A DNA stretch of 64,000 nucleotides from positions 5,706,001 through 5,770,000 of the forward strand of contig CM052817.1 in NCBI GenBank assembly GCA_028534125.1. Reading direction: 5' to 3'. The position numbers and the translations under genes were made by a program. The notes under the pieces were generated by a model. The model was not told the origin of the DNA. It searched no databases and was given only the letters and a program-made list of their open reading frames with translations. Shown here one piece after another: positions 12,271-25,186 of this stretch (the stretch's first letter is position 1; each line of letters opens with the position of its first letter). This DNA is from Lama glama. Taxonomy: Eukaryota.

Positions 12271-15200
12271 ACTCTGATTGTCCATCTTGGTGGCTTCCTC
12301 CCGTGACACCTGTGCTCCGACATGTCTGAGAGGAAGCAGCTGTTCTGGGTGTTCTAAGATGGGCACGCAGACATGTGTCATTTGCGCCTGGTGGGACCTC
12401 AGATCTGTGGGGGGGGTGGCACCCCTCCTGGCCCTGAGCTCCTAGCCCAGGCCGAGCCCTCCCGGGCCACAGTCCCCTGCTCAGGCCAGGCTCTCAGCAT
12501 CCCTGGGACTGACGTGTCTCTGAGATCATCCTGACAGTGCAAATGGATGTGTTTTTACACATGGTGACAGCCTCAGCATGCGGCTCTTGCAGGAGAGACA
12601 CTGTAACCCTCAGAGTCCTGAGTCCTGGTCCCACTCTGTCCTCAGACACTCCAGCTCCTTATGGCAGGGTGACTCAGCATGAGTGGTAACCCAGCATGAG
12701 CGGTGGCCCCAGAAACCTCTCAGGCTCCCCAGGGCCGCCATCCAGGTGAGTGCCTGGCTGGAAGCGAGCCAGTTGGAATGAATGTGGTGAGCCCCCCAGC
12801 ATGTTGCCAAGGCCGTCAGAAAGCAGGTTATCCTGAAAGGAGTGTGAAACCCATAAAAGCCGTGTGGGTAGAGGAAGTCGCCAGTCCACGGCCGTGACTG
12901 TGCGCTTCCGCTCCCGAGCCTCAGGCAGGTCTCCCAGGCCTGCTGAACCCAACCTTCTTCTGAAAAGGGGGCTAGGGTCCTCATCAGGGGAGGGCACAAA
13001 CTTTCCGCCTCTTCCCCTGGGAAGGCAGCTTGCTTTTCCGCTCAGGTAGGATGTGGCCATGTGAATTTCACTCACGGGAATTTGTGCATCAGGGTCTTAA
13101 TGGGCAGGTGCGGAACCTACCACATCCCCCCCACCTGCCCCGGGGGCAGCTGTTATGGAAGGAAGGGGTCCTGCCAGCCAGCATCCTAGTCAGGAAGCTC
13201 TGGGACAGAATCTCTAGCTGCCCCACAGTGATTATCTAGCACGAGTGACATAACCCCAGGTGGTCGGACACCACCGTGACTTGGGGGCTGTTTCTTCCTG
13301 CAGCAAACCCCAGCCCATCCTGCCTGGTACGTGGGGGTGATAAGACCTTCCATGAAGCGGAGTGACTGCACGTGTAACCTGACACCTAGGAAATGCCCCG
13401 TTGTGTCGCTGGCTTCTCCCCTACCCTTTCTCTGACCTGCACTCCAGCTCAGTACGCTGAGCTGGTGTGCACTTTATGGAACTGAGCATAAAACTGGGCC
13501 CCAGACTCACCCGACTCGGAAAATGTCTCAAGGTAAACGCAGTCCTGCATTTCTGTTTGGGAGAAGCTGCGGGTGGGCTAGGATCTGCCAAACGGACAAC
13601 GTGAAATCCAGGTCAGATGGATCTGATTTTAGCTGGAGACCTCTCTGAGGGGGTGTGTGTGTGCGTTTAATGATTAGCAACTCAACCCAGTTCAAATGGA
13701 CTTTTAGGACGGGGTCATCTGCTTATAACCAAGGGGTCCATCTCCCTGTCTTACAGGTGAGGGTGAAAGCAGGGTTCAAGTCAGTCTCTGTCATTTTTCT
13801 GAGCATCTTTCTGAGCTCCAGTCTCTGATCTGTCGAGGCTGAAAAAGAGGCGCTCCCTGGCCCGTGGCAAGCGCTCAGTAAACACTAGCATTAGTGGCAT
13901 GTCAGTGCTGTTAACTCCCAGGCTGCAGCGGGAAAGCCAGCTGGTGCTTTGGGTCTGGGAGTTCAGTGAGAGCTTTCATGCCCCCTCCTCCAAACCGCTC
14001 AGAAGACAGCGGCCGTCGTCAAAGATGTATAAAACTTAGTTGTGGGCTGTGTGAAGGCTCTAGAATTTCTCCACTTAATTTGTAAGGGTGTTGGGGAGAT
14101 CTGTGTTGTCAGAGAAGCGATTTGAAGTGAATTTTCCCCACAATAATGAATATTTTACTAACCCCTGGCTCTGCTGGCTTTGAACCAAACTGGAAAAAGC
14201 CATTTAAGGTTTGAAGTCAATTGAAAAGACAACTTGTTATGTTCTGAGCGCAGCCAGGCGAAGGGGCCCTGAGGATGGAGTAAATGGGTGCAGAGGTGTC
14301 TCTAACTCCCTGGCTTCTGGCCTCCCCTGACATGCAATGGCTGTAGCTAAGTCAGGATGTTTTAAAAGTTGCAGAGTGCCTCAACCCCTGGCTCTGAGAC
14401 TGAAGAGATGGGGAGGCTGATGAAGACTGTTGGTGAGGAAGCCGTGATGGGGCAGAGCCACCGGCTTTGACTGTGACTCAGGCTCTTGGGCTGATCACGT
14501 CTGCTCCCTGAGCCTCACTTCTCTGCAAGATGGAAAGGCTGAGAAACCCCAGCTGGGGGCTGCATGAGGGTGACATGAACACATAAAGCCTCGTGCAGGG
14601 GGCCTGGCGCAGAGTAATTGCTTTCTAGCTGTGGATGCAGGAGTAGCCACACATGGGTCTGCAGCCGGGTGCTGACCTCGACTCAGCCCAGCTTCCAGCA
14701 GAGACTCCAGAATGTGCTGGGCTTAGCGCCAGCTAATTAACAGGCAGACTATTAATGGAGAGGCAGGGGAGGGTTGAAATAGGCCCCGAGAATGGGTGGT
14801 GGGTTCTTTCTCAGAGGCATCTGATAGATTCTCACCTTCACCAGTGGTGTTACCTGCTCTCTGGGCAGCAGGGAGCCCTGGTGGGCGTTACAGCAGGGAA
14901 ACCTGACCCTCCCTCCTGGAACGCAGCTGGGTCCCTTGCTCTGTGCAGAACATCTTTTGTATTCCTAGCCCTGGAGAACTCTCTGATCTCATTTCCTGCC
15001 TCTCTGGTCTTCCCTGCTACTTCTGTTCCAGTGACACTGGCCTCTTTGCTGTTCCTTACACACGTCAAGCATGGCCCTGCCTCAGGGCCTTTGCACTTGC
15101 TGTTTCTCTGCCTGGATGTCTCCATTCCCAGGCTGCTCTCTCCCTTCACTCAGGTCTCCGCTCTGATGTCACCAGCTTCAAGAAGCCTTCTCTGACCTCC

Positions 15201-15822
15201 TCACGTCCACCTTGGTTGCCTGCCTCCTTTTTCACTCCAGGACCATTGAACACAAGTTTTTGTCCCCTCCTCCATCTCTATTGCAGGAAACCGTGCTAGG
15301 TACAAGGCAAGGGCTCAATAAATATGTGCTGAATGAATGAGTGAGTGAATGAATAGAGTCCAACACAAAAAGAACCTGTGTCTGTTCCCTGAGTTATCGA
15401 TTCCCTGTCGATTGTGATCACTCTTGGGACAATGACCACAGAAGCTGTGGGGATGTGGGTAACAATCTGGAGGCTACATGCAGGGCAGGGTGGCCGTGTG
15501 CACAGGAACAAGGACACGGACTTGTCTCACACTGGGGCCAGTGCGTTGCAAAAATGCTGGTATAAGATGATCACTGAGGTTTCCCTGCAGACCCTCAGCA
15601 GAGGGAAGCCCGCTCCTGAGACCTACTCCCTGAGCACTTAGGGGCAGCTTCCAGAAGGTGTGGGAGAGAGGGAGAGGATTAAGGCTTTGGACCAAAGCAC
15701 ATCTCCCCTTTCCTCAGACCAAGAGTATGAATCTCCCGTAGAGAGAGGACCAGCCTCTGCTTTCTGAATCATCCGTCACTCTGAGGGAATCTCATGAGCA
15801 AAAGACCCCTTGTCGGTCATAC

Positions 15823-15949
15823 CTGAACGAACGGGAAGAGGAGCCCCAGAGCGAAGCTGGAGAGCCAGCTGGTGGTTCCTGCTGCGGTGAAGGCAGCCGG
15901 CCGCTGTGATTGCTGGAAAAGCTCACCGGTAGGATGAAGGGGATGCCAC
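15823..15949 (-). pseudogene. SLC2A9: SLC2A9 exon ~11, 127 bp (expected 128) with a 1-bp deletion
   Basis: ttgcag|GT GGC ATC CCC TTC ATC CT- ACC GGT GAG...GTT CAG|gtatga. Corrected: GGIPFI(L)[36 protein letters not shown], versus human [44 protein letters not shown] base is missing at the 15930/15931 junction. Confidence 0.93.
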
Positions 15950-17632
15950 CTGCAACCAGAGCCAGGGCATGGACTAGTCACCCTGCAGTGGTCAGGGTGC
16001 CAGCACCCATCTCCACGTGGTGGAAGAGCCCCCCCTGGCAAGAGCTGGCTCTGCCTGGGAGAGCCGAGCCTTTGGGAGGGGGTGCTGGAGTTACAGCCTT
16101 TGACCCCTAACAGTACCTAAACCTTTCCTCTGACCTGCCCTTCCCAACGAGATGAGCCTCCTGGCTCTCCAAATGCCTTCTGTATCAAGCTGTGCTCCAC
16201 CATAAACTGAGTACTATATGTGGCAATTTGATTTAAAAGGCAACTGGCATTTACTGAATATATTGTGTTAGGAATGCTTATAATTTATCTTTGGAATAAC
16301 TGAGTCAGGCAGGTATTGGCTACCATATTCCCTGGATGAGAAAACTGAAGCTCAGAGAGGTTACTTGACTTAGCCAAGGTAACCCAGCTCCTGAGTAGCA
16401 GAGCCAGGGCTCAGGCTTGGGATTCCGACCTCCAAATCTCAGGGTTTTTCTGCTGATCCTTGGTTAAGTAGAGGGAAGTTCCTGCCTGATCTCCCCTTGA
16501 CTGGATGGGTGGTGGGCCCCCGTCCCTAAGGTGCCCAAGCATCGGAGTGTTAGCAGAAACATCATCGACATGGGGCGGAACAATTCTCTATTTTGAGAGA
16601 CTGAACTTGTGCAATTGCAGAATGTTTTCCACCCTTTGCCTCCTGAAGCCAGGAGTGCCCCTCTTCGTCATGGCAACCCAAACTGCTTCCACCCATTTCC
16701 AAATGCCCTCTGGGCACCGCACCTGGCTGAGATTCCCTGAGGTCTGCACCCCTCCCTTCCCAACTGTCCTGCTCAGTGAGACTCAGGATCGGGCTCTGTG
16801 CCCACGCGCTGTACCTGGGGCTCAGTGTGACCTTGAAGGTCTGGTTAGCAGCCTCCCTTCCTCAACAGAAGTCCTCACTCTCATCAGACATAGACCTTGG
16901 AGGTCCACGGACAAGACAGGATGGATGGTAGAGGGGAAAACCCTGAGGGACCTTTGCCGACCTCAGTTTGGAAACCACTGGTCTGGGGTCACTCACTCCA
17001 TCAAGATTCAGTGATTACTGGCTGTGCTGGGCTGGCCCCTCAGTCCTGGAGGACAGTGGCAATGCCCCGCTCTCATGTCATTCCCTCATCTAGTTGGGGA
17101 GAAAAGATGACTTGTTTATTTGTCCTTGTTTATAGGATGTGAGTGAAGGAATGAATAATCACAGTGTGTGATAGGCACTGGAGGAAACATTCAGAGCAAT
17201 GGGAGAGGGTCTATTTAGTAGTATTGGGGGCGATCTCTAGGGAGATGATGGTGGAGATGTGGCTTAAAGGAGGAGTTGCAGCTTGTGAAGATCTGAGGAA
17301 GATCATGCCAGGGGAGGGATGGGAGGGTAGAGAGATGAAAAGAGTTGGGTCAAGGTCTAGAACAGAGGCCAGCCTGTCTGGACACCTGAGGGAGGGTAGG
17401 GAGGAATGGGGTGAGGTGGCAAAGGTGAGCAGGGCCAATTAAGCAGCCTCTGTAGGTGCAGGAGAGGGGTTTGCCGTTGAAGAGAACTCATGTGGGTCTT
17501 TAAGTAGATGTGATTAATCTGCACTTTGTGGAGATCACTGTTGTCTGGAGAAAGGACTGAGGGATAAAAGATGGGTACAGGAGGCTATTGGGCAGTGCAG
17601 GTGAGACAGGAGGGCAAGGGGCAGGGCACAAC

Positions 17633-18224
17633 CATTAAAAGAATGACACAGCAATTAGCACCAAGATGGCGGAAGATTCAACTCCCAGTAGACCTTGACC
17701 TTCAGTATATGCTCACTTCAGTAATATGTGTAACATATTAGCACACTAAATAGCACTCCCACAGGTGCCATGACAGTTGCAAGGCTGACCATTAAAGGTC
17801 AAAAAGTGGGAAGTGGTCCAGTTCCTGGGAATCCCAGCTCCTTCTCCAAAGTACGTGGAATAATCCTCCCACTTGTTAGCATATGAAGTTACCGAGCCCA
17901 TCAAAACTAGCAACCCTGCCCCTCGCGGTAGCTCTCTTGCCTTTGGAGATGGCCTGCGCTCTGTATGGAGACTGAATCTACTTTTACTTTGAACCCTCCC
18001 CCCACACATACCTTGTGGCCTCTCTGGCCTTCTGTGATGGTCTATACTCAGTCTATGGAGTGTGCATTTCTCTGCATAAATCTACTTTCACTCAACTATG
18101 GCTCACTCTTGAATTCTTCCCTGCAAGAAGCCAAGGACCCTCACTTGGAGGGGTGCATCCCAGGGACTCGCCAAAGACCTGGGACACGACTGACCATCCT
18201 CCCACACCTCATTCTCCTGTACCA
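17633..18224 (+). mobile_element. ERV1 solo LTR, MER41-like
   Basis: Resembles MER41 U3/R (cagttcctgggaatcccagctccttctcc, gaataatcctcccacttgttagcatatgaa, ataaatctactttcact, cttgaattcttccctgcaagaagccaaggaccctc); no clear TSD seen; ends approximate. Confidence 0.7.
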
Positions 18225-19650
18225 CAGGAAGGAGGCAATGTTGCCTAGAAGGTTTGGATGGTGGCAGTGGGGGTGGATGGAAGGGAGGAGCTGAATTCTG
18301 GGATTCTCCATCCCATGGAGCTTTCAGTGTGAGCACTGCACACAACTACAACACTCATCAAGTTCAACCAGGCAACCCAAGGTCACAGAGCCAGGACCAA
18401 CTCAAGCCTGTGTCTCTCCAGAGCTTTCACAATTACCACTCCAGCATGCTGCCAGCAAGCCTGGGACTTCGCACATCAACAGTGACCCAGAATGCAAGCA
18501 CCATTCCCTGACTCCCCTACTAGACTGTGAGCCCTCTGGGGCAGGCAGCATCTCCATTTGCCTGGCATCTCTGACACAGTAGACATGAGAATAATGTTTA
18601 TTTACTTGAATTAAATGCCCTAAGTTTGATTTTGAAAAGATTTGATATGCTGTTTACTTCAAAAAAGTGGACTTTCTTTACCTTAAAGGTATCTATCAAA
18701 ATGTACAAGATCAACGGTTGCATATTGAAATGTGCTGAAACCAGCCTTGGGTCTGTAGGGCACATGATGTTGCATTGTCCGAAAGAGTTTGTGTCACACA
18801 CCCAGCTGGTCCTGTAGCGAACGCTGCTGTGAGCCTTGCAGCATATCCCAGGGGGCAGTTCACAGCTCTTCTGAAGCCTGAACAGGCTTGAGAGCTGGTG
18901 TTTCACCTTCCCTGACTTCCCTAGGTGTGTTTTGGGAGCACCTGTGGATAACTCAGTTAACACTTCCTGATGATGGTGCATCAGCCTGAGATGGAGCAGA
19001 ACATTGACAAACCCACCCCTCTGCACTTTCTTTGTTGCTTCAGGGCTGGGGCCATGACTTGTTTATTGGTTATGGACCCTCCTCTTAGGATACACATGCA
19101 AAGTGCTCTGTAAAGATTTTCAGGATCAGTGAAGGAATGATTAAGACACCCTGGAGTCCAAAGGACATATACATCAGGTCTCTTCTTTCTTTCCTTTGTC
19201 AAGTCTTCAGGCCACCCCCGCAGGACAAATACAAGCAACCATGAGGATCCTGCATGGCCCACTGGAATCATGGGCTTTCATTTCCATGATCTCCTTTGAA
19301 CCTCACAACCAGAGAAGGTGGTGAGGCACAGTGGGCTGGGGCTGGGGCTAGGGCGCCAGTGTCAGTAAGAACAAGTTAAAGTCCGGACCCTACCAGATTC
19401 CTCTGGAATCCAGGTCTCTCACATGTGAAGTATGACGGTAGGGACTTAGTACTGGGGATGTTTGTGAGGATAAATGAACTACTGTGTGTAAGCACTTAGT
19501 CTAAATCTGCCACCTGAAAGATACTCAAAAACTAACTGTTAGCTACTATAATTACAATTTAAAACTCCTCTGTGTTATTTTCCCCCATTGTATGAGTTAG
19601 CTGGAGCTCAGAGAAGGGGAGTTGCATGCCCAAGGTCTCTTAGCAAGGAG

Positions 19651-19915
19651 TGATGATGGTGATGATGCTGGTGGTGGTGGTGATAATGATGCTGGTGATG
19701 CTGGTGGTGATGATGATGGTGGTGGTGATGGTGATGGTGGTGGTGGTAATGATGGTGATGATGATGGTGGTGGTGATGCTGGTGGTGGGGTTGATAATGA
19801 TGCTAGTAAGGATGGTGATAATAATAACAATGATGATCTAGAAATGAAGATTATGGTAGTGATGATTATAATAGAGATGATGGTGCCTTTGCAGCTGCTG
19901 CATGATGGTGGTGGT
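19651..19915. repeat. (GAT/GGT)n trinucleotide low-complexity repeat
   Basis: tgatgatggtgatgatgctggtggtggt arrays. Confidence 0.92.
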
Positions 19916-21456
19916 AAACATGTGGCAGACATTATGAAAAGCACTTGACATACTATTTCATTCAATTATCACTACTATGTGGTAGTTTCTACTATTATTT
20001 TTCCCACTTAGCATACAAAGGAACCTGTGCTTAAGAAAGCAAAGTAACTTCTTAAATCACATCACTAGTGGGACCCAAACTCAAGGCTGGGTGACTCCCA
20101 AGTATGAGTCTTAATTACCCATCGTGACGCAAGCAAGTCCAAGACACTAACAGTCTTAAAAGTATGCAAAAGGAACTTAGCAGTCTTCATGCTTTTATTT
20201 GAATGCTCTTCCAAGTCCTGGAATTCACTTGTTTCTCTTTTGCCTCTGGGCATTTGTGGCCTGATTTCCTAAGAGTCTCTCCTGGTCTGTTTCTTTAAAT
20301 CCAGGGTAAAATGAGGAAGAATGAGTTTTGATATGGGAACAGAATCAGTTTCTGTCTAGGTCCTTTATTTTTGTTTTCCTTTTCAAAGTGAAAATAGTTT
20401 TTTTTTCTGATTATCATAAGTAATATTTGCCCATTTTAAACAAGTAAAGGAAGCATGCAATATAAAAAAGCTTAAAAAGGAAACAAGGTTGCTCTTAACC
20501 CTTCTACCTGGGGATGATCCCCATTTGTCTTTTGGTGCTTGGAAAATAGATTGTTGCTATAAAGAAGCCTAGACCTAGTCTGGAGTTTCTGCTTCAGTGA
20601 TTGGCTTTTTCTACCTAAAGCCCTAAAGGAATCTTTCTTTATCTGTGAAGTTCATTAACTTAACTTTGATGGGGCTGGTGTTGACTTCTCTGCAACAATC
20701 TTTCTTAGAACACCGTGTGTCCCTCTGAACTACAGATCCACTCTTTACTCACTTTCTACATTATATGTTTGAAGACTTCTGTTCTCTGTGTTGGTTCTTT
20801 ACTTCAGAGACGCTGTTATCCCTACGTTGGATCAGCTTTGTCTCTCTTCTGCATCCATGGTCTCTCGAGTCACTTCACCTCTCTTATTTCCTGCCTGGAC
20901 TCTGCAAGCTCTGGGAGATCTCTCCCTTCTTTCTTTTCTCCCTTCCTTTCTTTTCTTCTTTCTTCCAGTCCCACCATCACTTTTTATCTTCTTCTGGGTT
21001 GTCTGTCTTTCACACTGTGGTTAGATCATGGGGTGGGGTGTTACAACACAGCTCCTCCGTCTCTGGCTCAGCTGTTGTAACAACCAAGCTGTATCAGACA
21101 ACAGCACCCCTGGTGTCCACCACGAGGGGCCATCTGACACCACGTCCCTTCTCACAACCTCCTTTCTTTCTCCTCCAGGAGATAAACCTGATTTAAATTC
21201 CCACATCTACTGACTATGTGACCACAGCTAAGGACATCTATGGCTCTCGGTTTTCTCATCCATGAAATGAAGATAACACGAGTTCCTTTCTCATAACGTT
21301 GTTTTGAGGATCAGCACGCTCAGTAATGTGTGTCTGCTGTATTCCAGCAAACACAGCCCTGGTATTTCTGCCCCCAGCAAGCTTCTCTGCATATTTAACT
21401 CCCTTCCTCCTCTGGTATTTTCTAACTCTTGTCAGGTACCTGAGAGAAATCGAAAT

Positions 21457-21571
21457 TTGTTTATTTGTTTGTTTATTTGTGTATTTGTTTGTTTATTTTA
21501 GAGGAAGTACTGGGACCCAGGACCTCGCGCATGTTAAGCATGTGCTCTAGCACTTGAGCTGGACTCTTCCC
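21457..21571 (-). mobile_element. tRNA-derived SINE, camelid Vic-1-like
   Basis: Reverse complement gggaagagtccagctcaagtgctagagcacatgcttaacatgcgcgaggtcctgggtcccagtacttcc, followed by an (AAAC/AAAT)n tail. Confidence 0.75.
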
Positions 21572-21867
21572 TCCAATCTCAACTTGTATATAAGAGAAAT
21601 GAAGGGCACCTGTCCAAACTTTTCTACAATTCATATTTATTAAAATTCTTTAGTGGAACCCCTATCATCAGTTTCAAAAGCCCTTTAAAATGCTTGGAAA
21701 TCCCTTTAAAAACCTCGACAAGGGAGTCCATATGCCGCATAAGCCTTTAAACAATTTTTCCTCTGAGGTGCCAGCTTTGAAAAATTGCTTATTAAATTTA
21801 AATAATCACATATAGCCATTTTGAAGATTCTTCATGGATAGTTAGCTGTGTATCTTTCACTGTAGTC

Positions 21868-24531
21868 TCTTTTTTTTTGGAAATTTAATTGATTTTTTTT
21901 AACATTTTTTATTGATTTATAATCATTTTACAATGTTGTGTCAAATTCCAGTGTTCAGCACAATTTTTCAGTCATTCATGGACATATACACACTCATTGT
22001 CACATTTTTTCTCTGTGATNNNNNNNNNNNNNNNNNNNNNNNNNNNNNNNNNNNNNNNNNNNNNNNNNNNNNNNNNNNNNNNNNNNNNNNNNNNNNNNNN
22101 NNNNNNNNNNNNNNNNNNNNNNNNNNNNNNNNNNNNNNNNNNNNNNNNNNNNNNNNNNNNNNNNNNNNNNNNNNNNNNNNNNNNNNNNNNNNNNNNNNNN
22201 NNNNNNNNNNNNNNNNNNNNNNNNNNNNNNNNNNNNNNNNNNNNNNNNNNNNNNNNNNNNNNNNNNNNNNNNNNNNNNNNNNNNNNNNNNNNNNNNNNNN
22301 NNNNNNNNNNNNNNNNNNNNNNNNNNNNNNNNNNNNNNNNNNNNNNNNNNNNNNNNNNNNNNNNNNNNNNNNNNNNNNNNNNNNNNNNNNNNNNNNNNNN
22401 NNNNNNNNNNNNNNNNNNNNNNNNNNNNNNNNNNNNNNNNNNNNNNNNNNNNNNNNNNNNNNNNNNNNNNNNNNNNNNNNNNNNNNNNNNNNNNNNNNNN
22501 NNNNNNNNNNNNNNNNNNNGATCATTTGTATGTCTTCCTTGGAGAATTGCTTGTTTAGGTCTTCTGCCCATTTTTGGATTGGGTTGTTTATTTTTTTCTT
22601 ATTGAGTCGTATGAGCTGCTTATATATTTTGGAGATCAAGCCTTTGTCGGTTTCACTTGCAAAAATTTTCTCCCATTCCGTAGGTTTTCTTCTTGTTTTA
22701 TTTCTGGTTTCCTTTGCTATGCAAAAGCTTGTAAGTTTCATTAGGTCCCATTTGTTTATTCTTGCTTTTATTTCTATTGCTTGGGTAGACTGCCCTAGGA
22801 GAATATTTTTGAGATGTATGTGAGATAATGTTTTGCCTATGTTTTCTTCTAGGGGTTTATTGTATCTTGTCTTCTGTTTTAAGTCTTTGATCCATTTTGA
22901 GTTTATTTTTGTTCATGGTGTAAGGGAGTGTTCTAGCTTCATTGATTTACATGCTGCTGTCCAGTTTTCCCAACACCATTTGCTGAAGAGATTCTTTATT
23001 TCTTGGTATGTTCTTGCCTCCTTTGTCAAAGATTAGTTGACCAAAAGTTTGTAGATTCATTTCTGGGCTCTCTATTCTGTTCCATTGGTCCATAGGTCTG
23101 TTTCTGTACTAATACCATGCTGTTTTGATGACTGTAGCTCTATAGTATTGTCTGAAGTCTGGGAGGGTCATTCCTCCAGCCTCTTTCTTTTTCTTCAGTG
23201 ATGCTTTGGCAATTTTAGGTCTTTTGTGGTTCCATATAAATTTTATTATGATTTGTTTTAGTCTGTGAAATATGTCCTGGGTAATTGGATAGGAATTGCA
23301 TTAAATCTGTAGATTGCTTTGGGCAGTATGACCATTTTAACAATATTGATTCTTCCAATCCAGGAGCATGGAATATCTTTCTATTTTTTAAAGTCTTCTT
23401 TAATTTCCTTCATCAATGGTTTATAGTTTTCTGTGTATAATTCTTTCACCTCCTTGGTTAGATTTATTCCCAGATATTTTATTACTTTGGGTGCTATTTT
23501 AAAGGGGATTGTTTCTTTCCTTTCTTTTTCTGTTGATTTATCGTTAGTGTAAAGAAATGCAACTGATTTTTGAATGTTAATCTTGCAACCTACTTCCTTG
23601 CTGAATTCTTCAATTAGTTCTAGTAGTTTTTGTGTGGACCTTTTAGGGTTTTCTATATATAGTATCATGTCATCTGCATATCGTGACAATTTTACCTCTT
23701 CTTTTCCAATTTGGATCTCTTTTATTTCTCTCTCTTGCCTGATTGCTGCTGCTAGCACTTCTAAGATTATGTTGAATAGGAGTGGTGAGAGTGGACAGCC
23801 TTGTCTTGTCCCAGATTTTAGTAGGAAGCTTTTGAGATTTTCACCGTTGAGTACTATGCTGGCTGTAGGTTTGTCATATATAGCTTTTGTTATGTTGAGA
23901 TATGTTCCCTCTATACCAACTTTGGCGAGAGTTTTTATCATAAATGGGTGTTGAATTTTATCAAGTGCTTTTTCTGTATCTATTGAGATGATCATGTGGT
24001 TTTTGTCCTTTCTCTTGTTGATGTGATGTATTACATTGACTGATTTGTGTATGTTGAACCAGCCTTGTGTCCCTGGGATGAACCCCACTTGGTCATGATG
24101 TATAATCTTTTTTATGTGTTGTTGGATTCTATTTGCTAATAATCTGGTAAGGATTTTTGCATCTGTGTTCATCAGTGATATTGGTCTGTAATTCTCTTTT
24201 TTTGTAGTGTCTTTGTCTGGTTTTGGTATCAGGGTGATGGTGGCTTCGTAGAATGAGTTTGCGAGTATTCCCTCCTTTCAATCTTCTGGAAGAGTTTGAG
24301 AAGGACTGGTATGAGTTCTTCTTTGTATGTTTGGTAGAATTCCCCGGTGAAGCCGTCTGGTTGGACTTTTATTTGTAGGGAGGTTTTTTATTGCTAATTT
24401 GACTTCATTTCTAGTGATCGGTTTGTTCAAGTGGTCAGTTTCTTCTTGATTCAGTCTTGGTGGACAGTATGTTTCCAGAAACTTGTCCATCTCCTCTAGG
24501 TTATCCATTTTGTTTCCATATAGTTGTTCAT
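21868..24531 (-). mobile_element. 5'-truncated L1 with disrupted ORF2 (RT domain), spanning an assembly gap
   Basis: ORF 23381..24172 encodes L1 RT ([28 protein letters not shown]). Adjacent ORF2 pieces are at 24278-24547 and 22520-22741. The 3'UTR at 21900-22019 resembles the element at 871-1058; poly(T) at the left end. Confidence 0.95.
22020..22519. other. Assembly gap (500 N)
   Basis: Run of n characters inside the L1. Confidence 1.
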
Positions 24532-25186
24532 CAAAAACGTTCCACATTTCTGTTGCAAATCCAGCCTTCTGCGTGGAACCCTCGGAGGGCTCAAGTTCCC
24601 TCTCAGGACAGGTTTTCTTGGGACTGCTTCTGAGGGACCATCCTATCTGGAGACAATTTAGCCGTAAATCAGAGCACTGCCTTAGGAGATAAGCTCACTA
24701 ATTAACTCTGTCTTAGGCTGTGGGAAAGAGATAAGCAGGGAAACTAAGTGTTTGGAAAAACAGGAGAGAGAATGGCAGGAAAGGTGACATCAAAGTCAGG
24801 AAGAAATGGGTGCCAATCCTGGGCCAGCCACGTGCCCGGGGATGCGGGTAAGGCAGGCTCCCGGAGCCCAGGTGTCCTCGTCAGGAGTAGGGTGTTTCAT
24901 CGGCAGGATGCAGTGAAGATCAGGGTAAATGTGGCAGAGTATCTACCTCTGAACAGGTGCTCTGCTTAAGGAAGATGATATTAATTGAGAAAATTCTCTC
25001 TGGTCTTCTTTGATAAGCAGAATGCCCACCGTGGACTTGGTGAGCAGCTGCCCCCATCTGTGCAGTTAACGAAGATGGGGATGAGGATGGTTAGATGATG
25101 GAATGCTGCCATTTCCAAAGCCCACAGGCCCTGCATCGACAGCTGCCTGGATGCGAGGAAATACCTTCCTGCCAACTGCGTGGCTC

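Noticed and set aside
19597..19965. Gly/Asp-rich, Met/Val-rich and Pro/Ser-rich ORFs
   Set aside because: These are translation artefacts of a (GAT/GGT)n simple repeat.
21912..22823. Long ORFs of 199-303 aa
   Set aside because: They are open only because they cross the 500-N gap.
23381..24172. 263-aa reverse transcriptase ORF as a novel retroelement or domesticated gene
   Set aside because: It is a standard fragment of LINE-1 ORF2 within a truncated, disrupted L1.
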